Shown: in pieces, positions 28,401-41,730 of the stretch
Layout of the letters: each line of letters opens with the position of its first letter
Position numbering within the stretch: the stretch's first letter is position 1
DNA from: Tubulanus polymorphus
Lineage: Eukaryota; Animalia; Nemertea
Reading direction: 5' to 3'
Length of the DNA: 64,000 nt
NCBI RefSeq assembly: GCF_964204645.1
Contig: NC_134025.1
Coordinates: 31,999,561-32,063,560, forward strand
Translations under genes and position numbers: made by a program
Notes under the pieces: generated by a model
The model's input: only the letters and a program-made list of their open reading frames with translations
Database searches by the model: none
What the model was told of the DNA's origin: nothing

Positions 28401-31400
28401 CTGAAAGATACAAATTTTTCTTGCGAAATAGGGTCCTAAAGATGATGAATTCTATCTTAATTGATGGGTTAGGGTGTACTGAACTGATTTCAAATAGATA
28501 GGTTGAAAGAATCAGAATTTTCCGGCTGCTTTTGGTTCTGAAGATGATGGATTCAATCTGAAAAGATGTGTTAAGGCGTATTGAACTGATTTCAAATAGA
28601 TAGGTGGAAAGATTAAGAATTTTCTGGCTATTTATGCTCCTGAAGATGATGGACTCGATCTGAAATGATAGGTTAAGGTAGACTGAACTGATTCTGAATA
28701 GATGGACTGAAAGATACAGATTTTTCTTGCAAAATAGGGTCCTAAAGATGATGAGTTCTATCTTAATTGATGGGTTAGGGTGTACTGAATTGATTTCAAA
28801 TAGATAGGTGGAAAGATTAAGAATTTTCTGGCTATTTATGCTCCTGAAGATAATGGACTCGATCTGAAATGATAGGTTAAGGAAAACTGAACTGATTTCG
28901 AGTAGATGGACTGAAAGATACAGATTTTTCTTGCAAAATAGGGTCCTAAAGATGATGAATTCTATCTTAATTGATGGGTTAGGGTGTACTGAACTGATTT
29001 CAAATAGATAGGTTGAAAGAATCAGAATTTTCTGGCTGCTTTTGGTTCTGAAGATGATGGATTCAATCTGAAAAGATGTGTTAAGGCGTATTGAACTGAT
29101 TTCAAATAGATAGGTGGAAAGATTAAGAATTTTCTGGCTATTTATGCTCCTGAAGATGATGGACTCATCTGAAATGATAGGTTAAGGTAAACTGAACTGA
29201 TTTCGAGTAGATGGACTGAAATATACAGATTTTTCTTGCAAAATAGGGTCCTAAAGATGATGAGTTCTATCTTAATTGATGGGTTAGGGTGTACTGAACT
29301 GATTTCAAATAGATAGGTGGAAAGATTAAGAATTTTCTGGCTATTTATGCTCCTGAAGATGATGGACTCGATCTGAAATGATAGGTTAAGGTAAACTGAC
29401 CTGATTTCGAGTAGATGGACTGAAAGATACAGATTTTTCTTGCAAAATAGGGTCCTAAAGATGATGAATTATATCTTAATTGATGGGTTAGGGTGAACTG
29501 AACTGATTTCAAATAGATAGGTGGAAAGAATCAGAATTTTCTGGCTGCCTTTGGTTCTGAAGATGATGGACTCAATCTGAAAAGATGGGCTAAGGCGTAT
29601 TGAACTGATTTCAAATAGATAGGTGGAAAGATTCAGAATTTTCTGACTATTTATGCTCCTGAAGATGCTGGACTCGATCTGAAATGATAGGTTAAGGTAA
29701 ACTGAACTGATTTCGAGTAGATGGACTGAAAGATACAGATTTTTCTTGCAAAATAGGGTCCTAAAGATGATGAATTCTATCTTAATTGATGGGTTAGGGT
29801 GAACTGAACTGATTTCAAATAGATAGGTGGAAAGAATCAGAATTTTCTGGCTGCCTTTGGTTCTGAAGATGATGGACTCAATCTGAAAAGATGGGCTAAG
29901 GCGAATTGAACTGATTTCAAATAGATAGGTGGAAAGATTAAGAATTTTCTGGCTATTTATGCTCCTGAAGATGATGGACTCGATCTGAAATGATAGGTTA
30001 AGGTAAACTGAACTGATTTCGAGCAGATGGACTGAAAGATACAGATTTTTTTTGCAAAATAGGGTCCTAAAGATGATGAATTCTATCTTAATTGATGGGT
30101 TAGGGTGAACTGAACTGATTTCAAATAGATAGGTGGAAGGAATCAGAATTTTCTGGCTGCCTTTGGTTCTGAAGATGATGGACTCAATCTGAAAAGATGG
30201 GCTAAGGCGTATTGAACTGATTTCAAATAGATAGGTGGAAAGATTAAGAATTTTCTGGCTATTTATGCTCCTGAAGATGATGGACTCGATCTGAAATGAT
30301 AGGTTAAGGTAGACTGAACTGATTCTGAATAGATGGACTGAAAGATACAGATTTTTCTTGCAAAATAGGGTCCTAAAGATGATGAGTTCTATCTTAATTG
30401 ATGGGTTAGGGTGTACTGAACTGATTTCAAATAGATAGGTGGAAAGATTAAGAATTTTCTGGCTATTTATGCTCCTGAAGATGATGGACTCGATCTGAAA
30501 TGATAGGTTATGGAAAACTGAACTGATTTCGAGTAGATGGACTGAAAGATACAGATTTTTCTTGCAAAATAGGGTCCTAAAGATGATGAATTCTATCTTA
30601 ATTGATGGGTTAGGGTGTACTGAACTGATTTCAAATAGATAGGTTGAAAGAATCAGAATTTTCTGGCTGCTTTTGGTTCTGAAGATGATGGATTCAATCT
30701 GAAAAGATGTGTTAAGGCGTATTGAACTGATTTCAAATAGATAGGTGGAAAGATTAAGAATTTTCTGGCTATGTATGCTCCTGAAGAAGATGGACTCATC
30801 TGAAATGATAGGTTAAGGTAAACTGAACTGATTTCGAGTAGATGGACTGAAAGATACAGATTTTTCTTGCAAAATAGGGTCCTAAAGATGATGCGTTCTA
30901 TCTTAATTGATGGGTTAGGGTGTACTGAACTGATTTCAAATAGATAGGTGGAAAGATTAAGAATTTTCTGGCTATTTATGCTCCTGAAGATGATGGACTC
31001 GATCTGAAATGATAGGTTAAGGTAAACTGAACTGATTTCGAGCAGATGGACTGAAAGATACAGATTTTTCTTGCAAAATAGGGTCCTAAAGATGATGAAT
31101 TCTATCTTAATTGATGGGTTAGGGTGTACTGAACTGATTTCAAATAGATAGGTTGAAAGAATCAGAATTTTCTGGCTGCCTTTGGTTCTCAAGATGATGG
31201 ACTCAATCTGAAAAGATGGGCTAAGGCGTATTGAACTGATTTCAAATAGATAGGTGGAAAGATTAAGAATTTTCTGGCTATTTATGCTCCTGAAGATGAT
31301 GGACTCGATCTGAAATGATAGGTTAAGGTAAACTGAACTGATTTCGAGTAGATGGACTGAAAGATACAGATTTTTCTTGCAAAATAGGGTCCTAAAGATG

Positions 31401-34400
31401 ATGAATTCTATCTTAATTGATGGGTTAGGGTGAACTGAACTGATTTCAAATAGATAGGTGGATAGAATCAGAATTTTCTGGCTGCCTTTGGTTCTGAAGA
31501 TGATGGACTCAATCTGAAAAGATGGGCTAAGGCGAATTGAACTGATTTCAAATAGATAGGTGGAAAGATTAAGAATTTTCTGGCTATTTATGCTCCTGAA
31601 GATGATGGACTCGATCTGAAATGATAGGTTAAGGTAAACTGAACTGATTTCGAGTAGATGGACTGAAAGATACAGATTTTTCTTGCAAAATAGGGTCTTA
31701 AAGATGATGAATTTTATCTTAATTGATGGGTTAGGGTGTACTGAACTGATTTCAAATAGATAGGTTGAAAGAATCAGAATTTTCTGGCTGCTTTTGGTTC
31801 TGAAGATGATGGATTCAATCTGAAAAGATGTGTTAAGGCGTATTGAACTGATTTCAAATAGATAGGTGGAAAGATTAAGAATTTTCTGGCTATTTATGCT
31901 CCTGAAGATGATGGACTCGTTCTGAAATGATAGGTTAGGTAGACTGAACTGATTTCGAGTAGATGGACTGAAAGATACAGATTTTTCTTGCAAAATAGGG
32001 TCCTAAAGATGATGAATTCTATCTTAATTGATGGGTAAGGGTGAACTGAACTGATTTCAAATAGATAGGTGGAAAGAATCAGAATTTTCTGGCTGCCTTT
32101 GGTTCTGAAGATGATGGACTCAATCTGAAAAGATGGGCTAAGGCGTATTGAACTGATTTCAAATAGATAGGTGGAAAGATTAAGAATTTTCTGGCTATTT
32201 ATGCTCCTGAAGATGATGGACTCGATCTGAAATGATAGGTTAAGGTAAACTGAACTGATTTCGAGTAGATGGACTGAAAGATATAAATTTTTCTTGCAAA
32301 ATAGGGTCCTAAAGATGATGAGTTCTATCTTAATTGATGGGTTAGGGTGTACTGAACTGATTTCAAATAGATAGGTTGAAAGAATTAGAATTTTCTGGCT
32401 GGTTTTGGTTCTGAAGATGATGGATTCAATCTGATAAGATGTGTTAAGGCGTATTGAACTGATTTCAAATAGATAGGTGGAAAGATTAAGAATTTTCTGG
32501 CTATGTATGCTCCTGAAGAAGATGGACTCATCTGAAATGATAGGTTAAGGTAAACTGAACTGATTTCGAGTAGATGGACTGAAAGATACAGATTTTTCTT
32601 GCAAAATAGGGTCCTAAAGATGATGAATTCTATCTTAATTGATGGGTTAGGGTGAACTGAACTGATTTCAAATAGATAGGTGGATAGAATCAGAATTTTC
32701 TGGCTGCCTTTGGTTCTGAAGATGATGGACTCAATCTGAAAAGATGGGCTAAGGCGAATTGAACTGATTTCAAATAGATAGGTGGAAAGATTAAGAATTT
32801 TCTGGCTATTTATGCTCCTGAAGATGATGGACTAAGTCTGAAATGATAGGTTAAGGTAAACTGAACTGATTTCGAGCAGATGGACTGAAAGATACAGATT
32901 TTTCTTGCAAAATAGGGTCCTAAAGATGATGAATTCTATCTTAATTGATGGGTTAGGGTGAACTGAACTGATTTCAAATAGATAGGTGGAAAGAATCAGA
33001 ATTTTCTGGCTGCCTTTGGTTCTGAAGATGATGGACTCAATCTGAAAAGATGGGCTAAGGCGAATTGAACTGATTTCAAATAGATAGGTGGAAAGATTAA
33101 GAATTTTCTGGCTATTTATGCTCCTGAAGATGATGGACTCGATCTGAAATGATAGGTTAAGGTAAACTGAACTGATTTCGAGTAGATGGACAGAAAGATA
33201 CAGATTTTTCTTGCAAAATAGGGTCCTAAAGATGATGAGTTCTATCTTAATTGATGGGTTAGGGTGTACTGAACTGATTTCAAATAGATAGGTGGAAAGA
33301 TTAAGAATTTTCTGGCTATTTATGCTCCTGAAGATGATGGACTCGATCTGAAATGATAGGTTAAGGTAAACTGAACTGATTTCGAGTAGATGGACTGAAA
33401 GATACAGATTTTTCTTGCAAAATAGGGTCCTAAAGATGATGAATTCTATCTTAATTGATGGGTTAGGGTGTACTGAACTGATTTCAAATAGATAGGTTGA
33501 AAGAATCAGAATTTTCTGGCTGCTTTTGGTTCTGAAGATGATGGATTCAATCTGAAAAGATGTGTTAAGGCGTATTGAACTGATTTCAAATAGATAGGTG
33601 GAAAGATTAAGAATTTTCTGGCTATTTATGCTCCTGAAGATGATGGACTCGATCTGAAATGATAGGTTAAGGTAAACTGAACTGATTTCGAGCAGATGGA
33701 CTGAAAGATACAGATTTTTTTTGCAAAATAGGGTCCTAAAGATGATGAATTCTATCTTAATTGATGGGTTAGGGTGAACTGAACTGATTTCAAATAGATA
33801 GGTGGAAAGAATCAGAATTTTCTGGCTGCCTTTGGTTCTGAAGATGATGGACTCAATCTGAAAAGATGGGCTAAGGCGTATTGAACTGATTTCAAATAGA
33901 TAGGTGGAAAGATTAAGAATTTTCTGGCTATTTATGCTCCTGAAGATGATGGACTCGATCTGAAATGATAGGTTAAGGTAAACTGAACTGATTTCGAGTA
34001 GATGGACTGAAAGATACAAATTTTTCTTGCAAAATAGGGATCTAAAGATGATGAATTCTATCTTAATTAATGGGTTAGGGTGTACTGAACTGATTTCAAA
34101 TAGATAGGTTTAAAGAATCAGAATTTTCTTGCTGCTTTTGGTTCTGAAGATGATGGATTCAATCTGAAAAGATGTGTTGAGGCGTATTGAACTGATTTCA
34201 AATAGATAGGTGGAAAGATTAAGAATTTTCTGGCTATTTGTGCTCCTGAAGATGATGGACTCGATCTGAAATGATAGGTTAAGGTAGACTGAACTAATTC
34301 TGAATAGATGGACTGAAAGATACAGATTTTTCTTGCAAAATAGGGTCCTAAAGATGATGAGTTCTATCTTAATTGATGGGTTAGGGTGTACTGAACTGAT

Positions 34401-37207
34401 TTCAAATAGATAGGTGGAAAGATTAAGAATTTTCTGGCTATTTATGCTCCTGAAGATGATGGACTCGATCTGAAATGATAGGTTAAGGAAAACTGAACTG
34501 ATTTCGAGTAGATGGACTGAAAGATACAGATTTTTCTTGCAAAATAGGGTCCTAAAGATGATGAATTCTATCTTAATTGATGGGTTAGGGTGTACTGAAC
34601 TGATTTCAAATAGATAGGTGGAAAGAATCAGAATTTTCTGGCTGCCATTGGTTCTGAAGATGATGGACTCAATCTGAAAAGATGGGCTAAGGCGAATTGA
34701 ACTGATTTCAAATAGATAGGTGGAAAGATTAAGAATTTTCTGGCTATTTATGCTCCTGAAGATGATGGACTCGATCTGAAATGATAGGTTAAGGTAGACT
34801 GAACTGATTTCGAGTAGATGGACTGAAAGATACAAATTTTTCTTGCAAAATAGGGTCCTAAAGATGATGAATTCTATCTTAATTGATGGGTTAGGGTGTA
34901 CTGAACTGATTTCAAATAGATAGGTTTAAAGAATCAGAATTTTCTGGCTGCTTTTGGTTCTGAAGATGATGGACTCAATCTGAAAAGATGGGCTAAGGCG
35001 TATTGAACTGATTTCAAATAGATAGGTGGAAAGATTAAGAATTTTCTGGCTATTTATGCTCCTGAAGATGATGGACTCGATCTGAAATGATAGGTTAAGG
35101 TAAACTGAACTGATTTCGAGTAGATGGACTGAAAGATACAAATTTTTCTTGCAAAATAGGGTCCTAAAGATGATGAATTCTATCTTAATTGATGGGTAAG
35201 GGTGTACTGAACTGATTTCAAATAGATAGGTTGAAAGAATCAGAATTTTCTTGCTGCTTTTGGTTCTGAAGATGATGGATTCAATCTGAAAAGATGTGTT
35301 AAGGCGCATTGAACTGATTTCAAATAGATAGGTGGAAAGATTAAGAATTTTCTGGCTATTTATGCTCCTGAAGATGATGGACTCGATCTGAAATGATAGG
35401 TTTAGGTAAACTGAACTGATTTCGAGCAGATGGACTGAAAGATACAGATTTTTCTTGCAAAATAGGGTCCTAAAGATGATGAATTCTATCTTAATTGATG
35501 GGTTAGGGTAAACTGAACTGATTTCAAATAGATAGGTGGAAAGAATCAGAATTTTCTGGCTGCCTTTGGTTCTGAAGATGATGGACTCAATCTGAAAAGA
35601 TGGGCTAAGGCATATTGGACTGATTTCAAATAGATAGGTGGAAAGATTAAGAATTTTCTGGCTATTTATGCTCCTGAAGATGATGGACTCGATCTGAAAT
35701 GATAGGTTAAGGTAAACTGAACTGATTTCGAGTAGATGGACTGAAAGATACAGATTTTTCTTGCAAAATAGGGTCCTAAAGATGATGAATTCTATCTTAA
35801 TTGATGGGTTAGGGTGTACTGAACTGATTTCAAATAGATAGGTGGAAAGATTAAGAATTTTCTGGCTATTTATGCTCCTGAAGATGATGGACTCGATCTG
35901 AAATGATAGGTTAAGGAAAACTGAACTGATTTCGAGTAGATGGACTGAAAGATACAGATTTTTCTTGCAAAATAGGGTCCTAAAGATGATGAATTCTATC
36001 TTAATTGATGGGTTAGGGTGTACTGAACTGATTTCAAATAGATAGGTTGAAAGAATCAGAATTTTCTGGCTGCTTTTGGTTCTGAAGATGATGGATTCAA
36101 TCTGAAAAGATGTGTTAAGGCGTATTGAACTGATTTCAAATAGATAGGTGGAAAGATTAAGAATTTTCTGGCTATTTATGCTCCTGAAGATGATGGACTC
36201 ATCTGAAATGATAGGTTAAGGTAAACTGAACTGATTTCGAGTAGATGGACTGAAAGATACAGATTTTTCTTGCAAAATAGGGTCCTAAAGATGATGAGTT
36301 CTATCTTAATTGATGGGTTAGGGTGTACTGAACTGATTTCAAATAGATAGGTGGAAAGATTAAGAATTTTCTGGCTATTTATGCTCCTGAAGATGATGGA
36401 CTCGATCTGAAATGATAGGTTAAGGTAAATTGAACTGATTTAGAGCAGATGGACTGAAAGATACAGATTTTTCTTGCAAAATAGGGTCCTAAAGATGATG
36501 AATTCTATCTTAATTGATGGGTTAGGGTGAACTGAACTTATTTCAAATAGATAGGTGGAAAGAATCAGAATTTTCTGGCTGCCTTTGGTTTTGAAGATGA
36601 TGGACTCAATCTGAAAAGATGGGCTAAGGCGTATTGAACTGATTTCAAATAGATAGGTGGAAAGATTCAGAATTTTCTGGCTGCTTTTGGTTCTGAAGAT
36701 GATGGATTCAATCTGAAAAGATGTGTTAAGGCGCATTGAACTGATTTCAAATAGATAGGTGGAAAGATTAAGAATTTTCTGGCTATTTATGCTCCTGAAG
36801 ATGATGGACTCGATCTGAAATGATAGGTTAAGGTAAACTGAACTGATTTCGAGTAGATGGACAGAAAGATACAGATTTTTCTTGCAAAATAGGGTCCTAA
36901 AGATGATTAGTTCTATCTTAATTGATGGGTTAGGGTGTACTGAACTGATTTCAAATAGATAGGTGGAAAGATTAAGAATTTTCTGGCTATTTATGCTCCT
37001 GAAGATGATGGACTCGATCTGAAATGATAGGTTAAGGAAAACTGAACTGATTTCGAGTAGATGGACTGAAAGATACAGATTTTTCTTGCAAAATAGGGTC
37101 CTAAAGATGATGAATTCTATCTTAATTGATGGGTTAGGGTGTACTGAACTGATTTCAAATAGATAGGTGGAAAGAATCAGAATTTTCTGGCTGCCATTGG
37201 TTCTGAA

Positions 37208-37221
37208 ATCATTATCTATTG
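37208..37221. other. Inversion junction J1 (+ to -) with 14-nt insertion atcattatctattg
   Basis: ggttctgaa|atcattatctattg|tatctatttgaaatcag; sequence from 37222 is the reverse complement of 36757 backwards (coordinate sum 73979, matching ORF ends 36440 and 37539). Confidence 0.93.
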
Positions 37222-40200
37222 TATCTATTTGAAATCAGTTCAATGCGCCTTAACACATCTTTTCAGATTGAATCCATCATCTTCAGAACCAAAAGCAGCC
37301 AGAAAATTCTGAATCTTTCCACCTATCTATTTGAAATCAGTTCAATACGCCTTAGCCCATCTTTTCAGATTGAGTCCATCATCTTCAAAACCAAAGGCAG
37401 CCAGAAAATTCTGATTCTTTCCACCTATCTATTTGAAATCAGTTCAGTTCACCCTAACCCATCAATTAAGATAGAATTCATCATCTTTAGGACCCTATTT
37501 TGCAAGAAAAATCTGTATCTTTCAGTCCATCTGCTCTAAATCAGTTCAATTTACCTTAACCTATCATTTCAGATCGAGTCCATCATCTTCAGGAGCATAA
37601 ATAGCCAGAAAATTCTTAATCTTTCCACCTATCTATTTGAAATCAGTTCAGTACACCCTAACCCATCAATTAAGATAGAACTCATCATCTTTAGGACCCT
37701 ATTTTGCAAGAAAAATCTGTATCTTTCAGTCCATCTACTCGAAATCAGTTCAGTTTACCTTAACCTATCATTTCAGATGAGTCCATCATCTTCAGGAGCA
37801 TAAATAGCCAGAAAATTCTTAATCTTTCCACCTATCTATTTGAAATCAGTTCAATACGCCTTAACACATCTTTTCAGATTGAATCCATCATCTTCAGAAC
37901 CAAAAGCAGCCAGAAAATTCTGATTCTTTCAACCTATCTATTTGAAATCAGTTCAGTACACCCTAACCCATCAATTAAGATAGAATTCATCATCTTTAGG
38001 ACCCTATTTTGCAAGAAAAATCTGTATCTTTCAGTCCATCTACTCGAAATCAGTTCAGTTTTCCTTAACCTATCATTTCAGATCGAGTCCATCATCTTCA
38101 GGAGCATAAATAGCCAGAAAATTCTTAATCTTTCCACCTATCTATTTGAAATCAGTTCAGTACACCCTAACCCATCAATTAAGATAGAATTCATCATCTT
38201 TAGGACCCTATTTTGCAAGAAAAATCTGTATCTTTCAGTCCATCTACTCGAAATCAGTTCAGTTTACCTTAACCTATCATTTCAGATCGAGTCCATCATC
38301 TTCAGGAGCATAAATAGCCAGAAAATTCTTAATCTTTCCACCTATCTATTTGAAATCAGTTCAATTCGCCTTAGCCCATCTTTTCAGATTGAGTCCATCA
38401 TCTTCAGAACCAAAGGCAGCCAGAAAATTCTGATTCTTTCCACCTATCTATTTGAAATCAGTTCAGTTCACCCTAACCCATCAATTAAGATAGAATTCAT
38501 CATCTTTAGGACCCTATTTTGCAAGAAAAATCTGTATCTTTCAGTCCATCTGCTCGAAATCAGTTCAGTTTACCTTAACCTATCATTTCAGACTTAGTCC
38601 ATCATCTTCAGGAGCATAAATAGCCAGAAAATTCTTAATCTTTCCACCTATCTATTTGAAATCAGTTCAATTCGCCTTAGCCCATCTTTTCAGATTGAGT
38701 CCATCATCTTCAGAACCAAAGGCAGCCAGAAAATTCTGATTCTATCCACCTATCTATTTGAAATCAGTTCAGTTCACCCTAACCCATCAATTAAGATAGA
38801 ATTCATCATCTTTAGGACCCTATTTTGCAAGAAAAATCTGTATCTTTCAGTCCATCTACTCGAAATCAGTTCAGTTTACCTTAACCTATCATTTCAGATG
38901 AGTCCATCTTCTTCAGGAGCATACATAGCCAGAAAATTCTTAATCTTTCCACCTATCTATTTGAAATCAGTTCAATACGCCTTAACACATCTTATCAGAT
39001 TGAATCCATCATCTTCAGAACCAAAACCAGCCAGAAAATTCTAATTCTTTCAACCTATCTATTTGAAATCAGTTCAGTACACCCTAACCCATCAATTAAG
39101 ATAGAACTCATCATCTTTAGGACCCTATTTTGCAAGAAAAATTTATATCTTTCAGTCCATCTACTCGAAATCAGTTCAGTTTACCTTAACCTATCATTTC
39201 AGATCGAGTCCATCATCTTCAGGAGCATAAATAGCCAGAAAATTCTTAATCTTTCCACCTATCTATTTGAAATCAGTTCAATACGCCTTAGCCCATCTTT
39301 TCAGATTGAGTCCATCATCTTCAGAACCAAAGGCAGCCAGAAAATTCTGATTCTTTCCACCTATCTATTTGAAATCAGTTCAGTTCACCCTTACCCATCA
39401 ATTAAGATAGAATTCATCATCTTTAGGACCCTATTTTGCAAGAAAAATCTGTATCTTTCAGTCCATCTACTCGAAATCAGTTCAGTCTACCTAACCTATC
39501 ATTTCAGAACGAGTCCATCATCTTCAGGAGCATAAATAGCCAGAAAATTCTTAATCTTTCCACCTATCTATTTGAAATCAGTTCAATACGCCTTAACACA
39601 TCTTTTCAGATTGAATCCATCATCTTCAGAACCAAAAGCAGCCAGAAAATTCTGATTCTTTCAACCTATCTATTTGAAATCAGTTCAGTACACCCTAACC
39701 CATCAATTAAGATAAAATTCATCATCTTTAAGACCCTATTTTGCAAGAAAAATCTGTATCTTTCAGTCCATCTACTCGAAATCAGTTCAGTTTACCTTAA
39801 CCTATCATTTCAGATCGAGTCCATCATCTTCAGGAGCATAAATAGCCAGAAAATTCTTAATCTTTCCACCTATCTATTTGAAATCAGTTCAATTCGCCTT
39901 AGCCCATCTTTTCAGATTGAGTCCATCATCTTCAGAACCAAAGGCAGCCAGAAAATTCTGATTCTATCCACCTATCTATTTGAAATCAGTTCAGTTCACC
40001 CTAACCCATCAATTAAGATAGAATTCATCATCTTTAGGACCCTATTTTGCAAGAAAAATCTGTATCTTTCAGTCCATCTACTCGAAATCAGTTCAGTTTA
40101 CCTTAACCTATCATTTCAGATCGAGTCCATCATCTTCAGGAGCATAAATAGCCAGAAAATTCTTAATCTTTCCACCTATCTATTTGAAATCAGTTCAATA

Positions 40201-41719
40201 CGCCTTAGCCCATCTTTTCAGATTGAGTCCATCATCTTGAGAACCAAAGGCAGCCAGAAAATTCTGATTCTTTCAACCTATCTATTTGAAATCAGTTCAG
40301 TACACCCTAACCCATCAATTAAGATAGAATTCATCATCTTTAGGACCCTATTTTGCAAGAAAAATCTGTATCTTTCAGTCCATCTGCTCGAAATCAGTTC
40401 AGTTTACCTTAACCTATCATTTCAGATCGAGTCCATCATCTTCAGGAGCATAAATAGCCAGAAAATTCTTAATCTTTCCACCTATCTATTTGAAATCAGT
40501 TCAGTACACCCTAACCCATCAATTAAGATAGAACTCATCATCTTTAGGACCCTATTTTGCAAGAAAAATCTGTATCTTTCAGTCCATCTACTCGAAATCA
40601 GTTCAGTTTACCTTAACCTATCATTTCAGATGAGTCCATCTTCTTCAGGAGCATACATAGCCAGAAAATTCTTAATCTTTCCACCTATCTATTTGAAATC
40701 AGTTCAATACGCCTTAACACATCTTTTCAGATTGAATCCATCATCTTCAGAACCAAAAGCAGCCAGAAAATTCTGATTCTTTCAACCTATCTATTTGAAA
40801 TCAGTTCAGTACACCCTAACCCATCAATTAAGATAGAACTCATCATCTTTAGGACCCTATTTTGCAAGAAAAATCTGTATCTTTCAGTCCATCTATTCAG
40901 AATCAGTTCAGTCTACCTTAACCTATCATTTCAGATCGAGTCCATCATCTTCAGGAGCATAAATAGCCAGAAAATTCTTAATCTTTCCACCTATCTATTT
41001 GAAATCAGTTCAATACGCCTTAGCCCATCTTTTCAGATTGAGTCCATCATCTTCAGAACCAAAGGCAGCCAGAAAATTCTGATTCCTTCCACCTATCTAT
41101 TTGAAATCAGTTCAGTTCACCCTAACCCATCAATTAAGATAGAATTCATCATCTTTAGGACCCTATTTTGCAAAAAAAATCTGTATCTTTCAGTCCATCT
41201 GCTCGAAATCAGTTCAGTTTACCTTAACCTATCATTTCAGATCGAGTCCATCATCTTCAGGAGCATAAATAGCCAGAAAATTCTTAATCTTTCCACCTAT
41301 CTATTTGAAATCAGTTCAATTCGCCTTAGCCCATCTTTTCAGATTGAGTCCATCATCTTCAGAACCAAAGGCAGCCAGAAAATTCTGATTCTTTCCACCT
41401 ATCTATTTGAAATCAGTTCAGTTCACCCTAACCCATCAATTAAGATAGAATTCATCATCTTTAGGACCCTATTTTGCAAGAAAAATCTGTATCTTTCAGT
41501 CCATCTACTCGAAATCAGTTCAGTTTACCTTAACCTATCATTTCAGATCGAGTCCAGCATCTTCAGGAGCATAAATAGTCAGAAAATTCTGAATCTTTCC
41601 ACCTATCTATTTGAAATCAGTTCAATACGCCTTAGCCCATCTTTTCAGATTGAGTCCATCATCTTCAGAACCAAAGGCAGCCAGAAAATTCTGATTCTTT
41701 CCACCTATCTATTTGAAAT
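37222..41719 (-). repeat. Satellite block 2, inverted (~4.5 kb)
   Basis: Reverse-complement monomers (catcatcttcag, gaaatcagttca); ORFs switch to the + strand. Confidence 0.97.
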
Positions 41720-41730
41720 GGAAAGATTAA
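41710..41730. other. Inversion junction J2 (- to +), 1-nt (T) microhomology at 41719
   Basis: tatttgaaaT ggaaagattaag; the left side mirrors 29506 and the right side equals 28299 onward. Confidence 0.93.

Larger units (their letters stand above)
1..37207 (+). repeat. Satellite block 1, G-rich strand on +
   Basis: Uninterrupted head-to-tail monomers ending at ...ctgccattggttctgaa (37207). Confidence 0.97.

Noticed and set aside
1-37207. CRISPR array (conserved tgaactgatttc core with variable intervening sequence)
   Set aside because: Intervening sequences are homologous repeats of three types, not unique spacers; no cas genes or leader.
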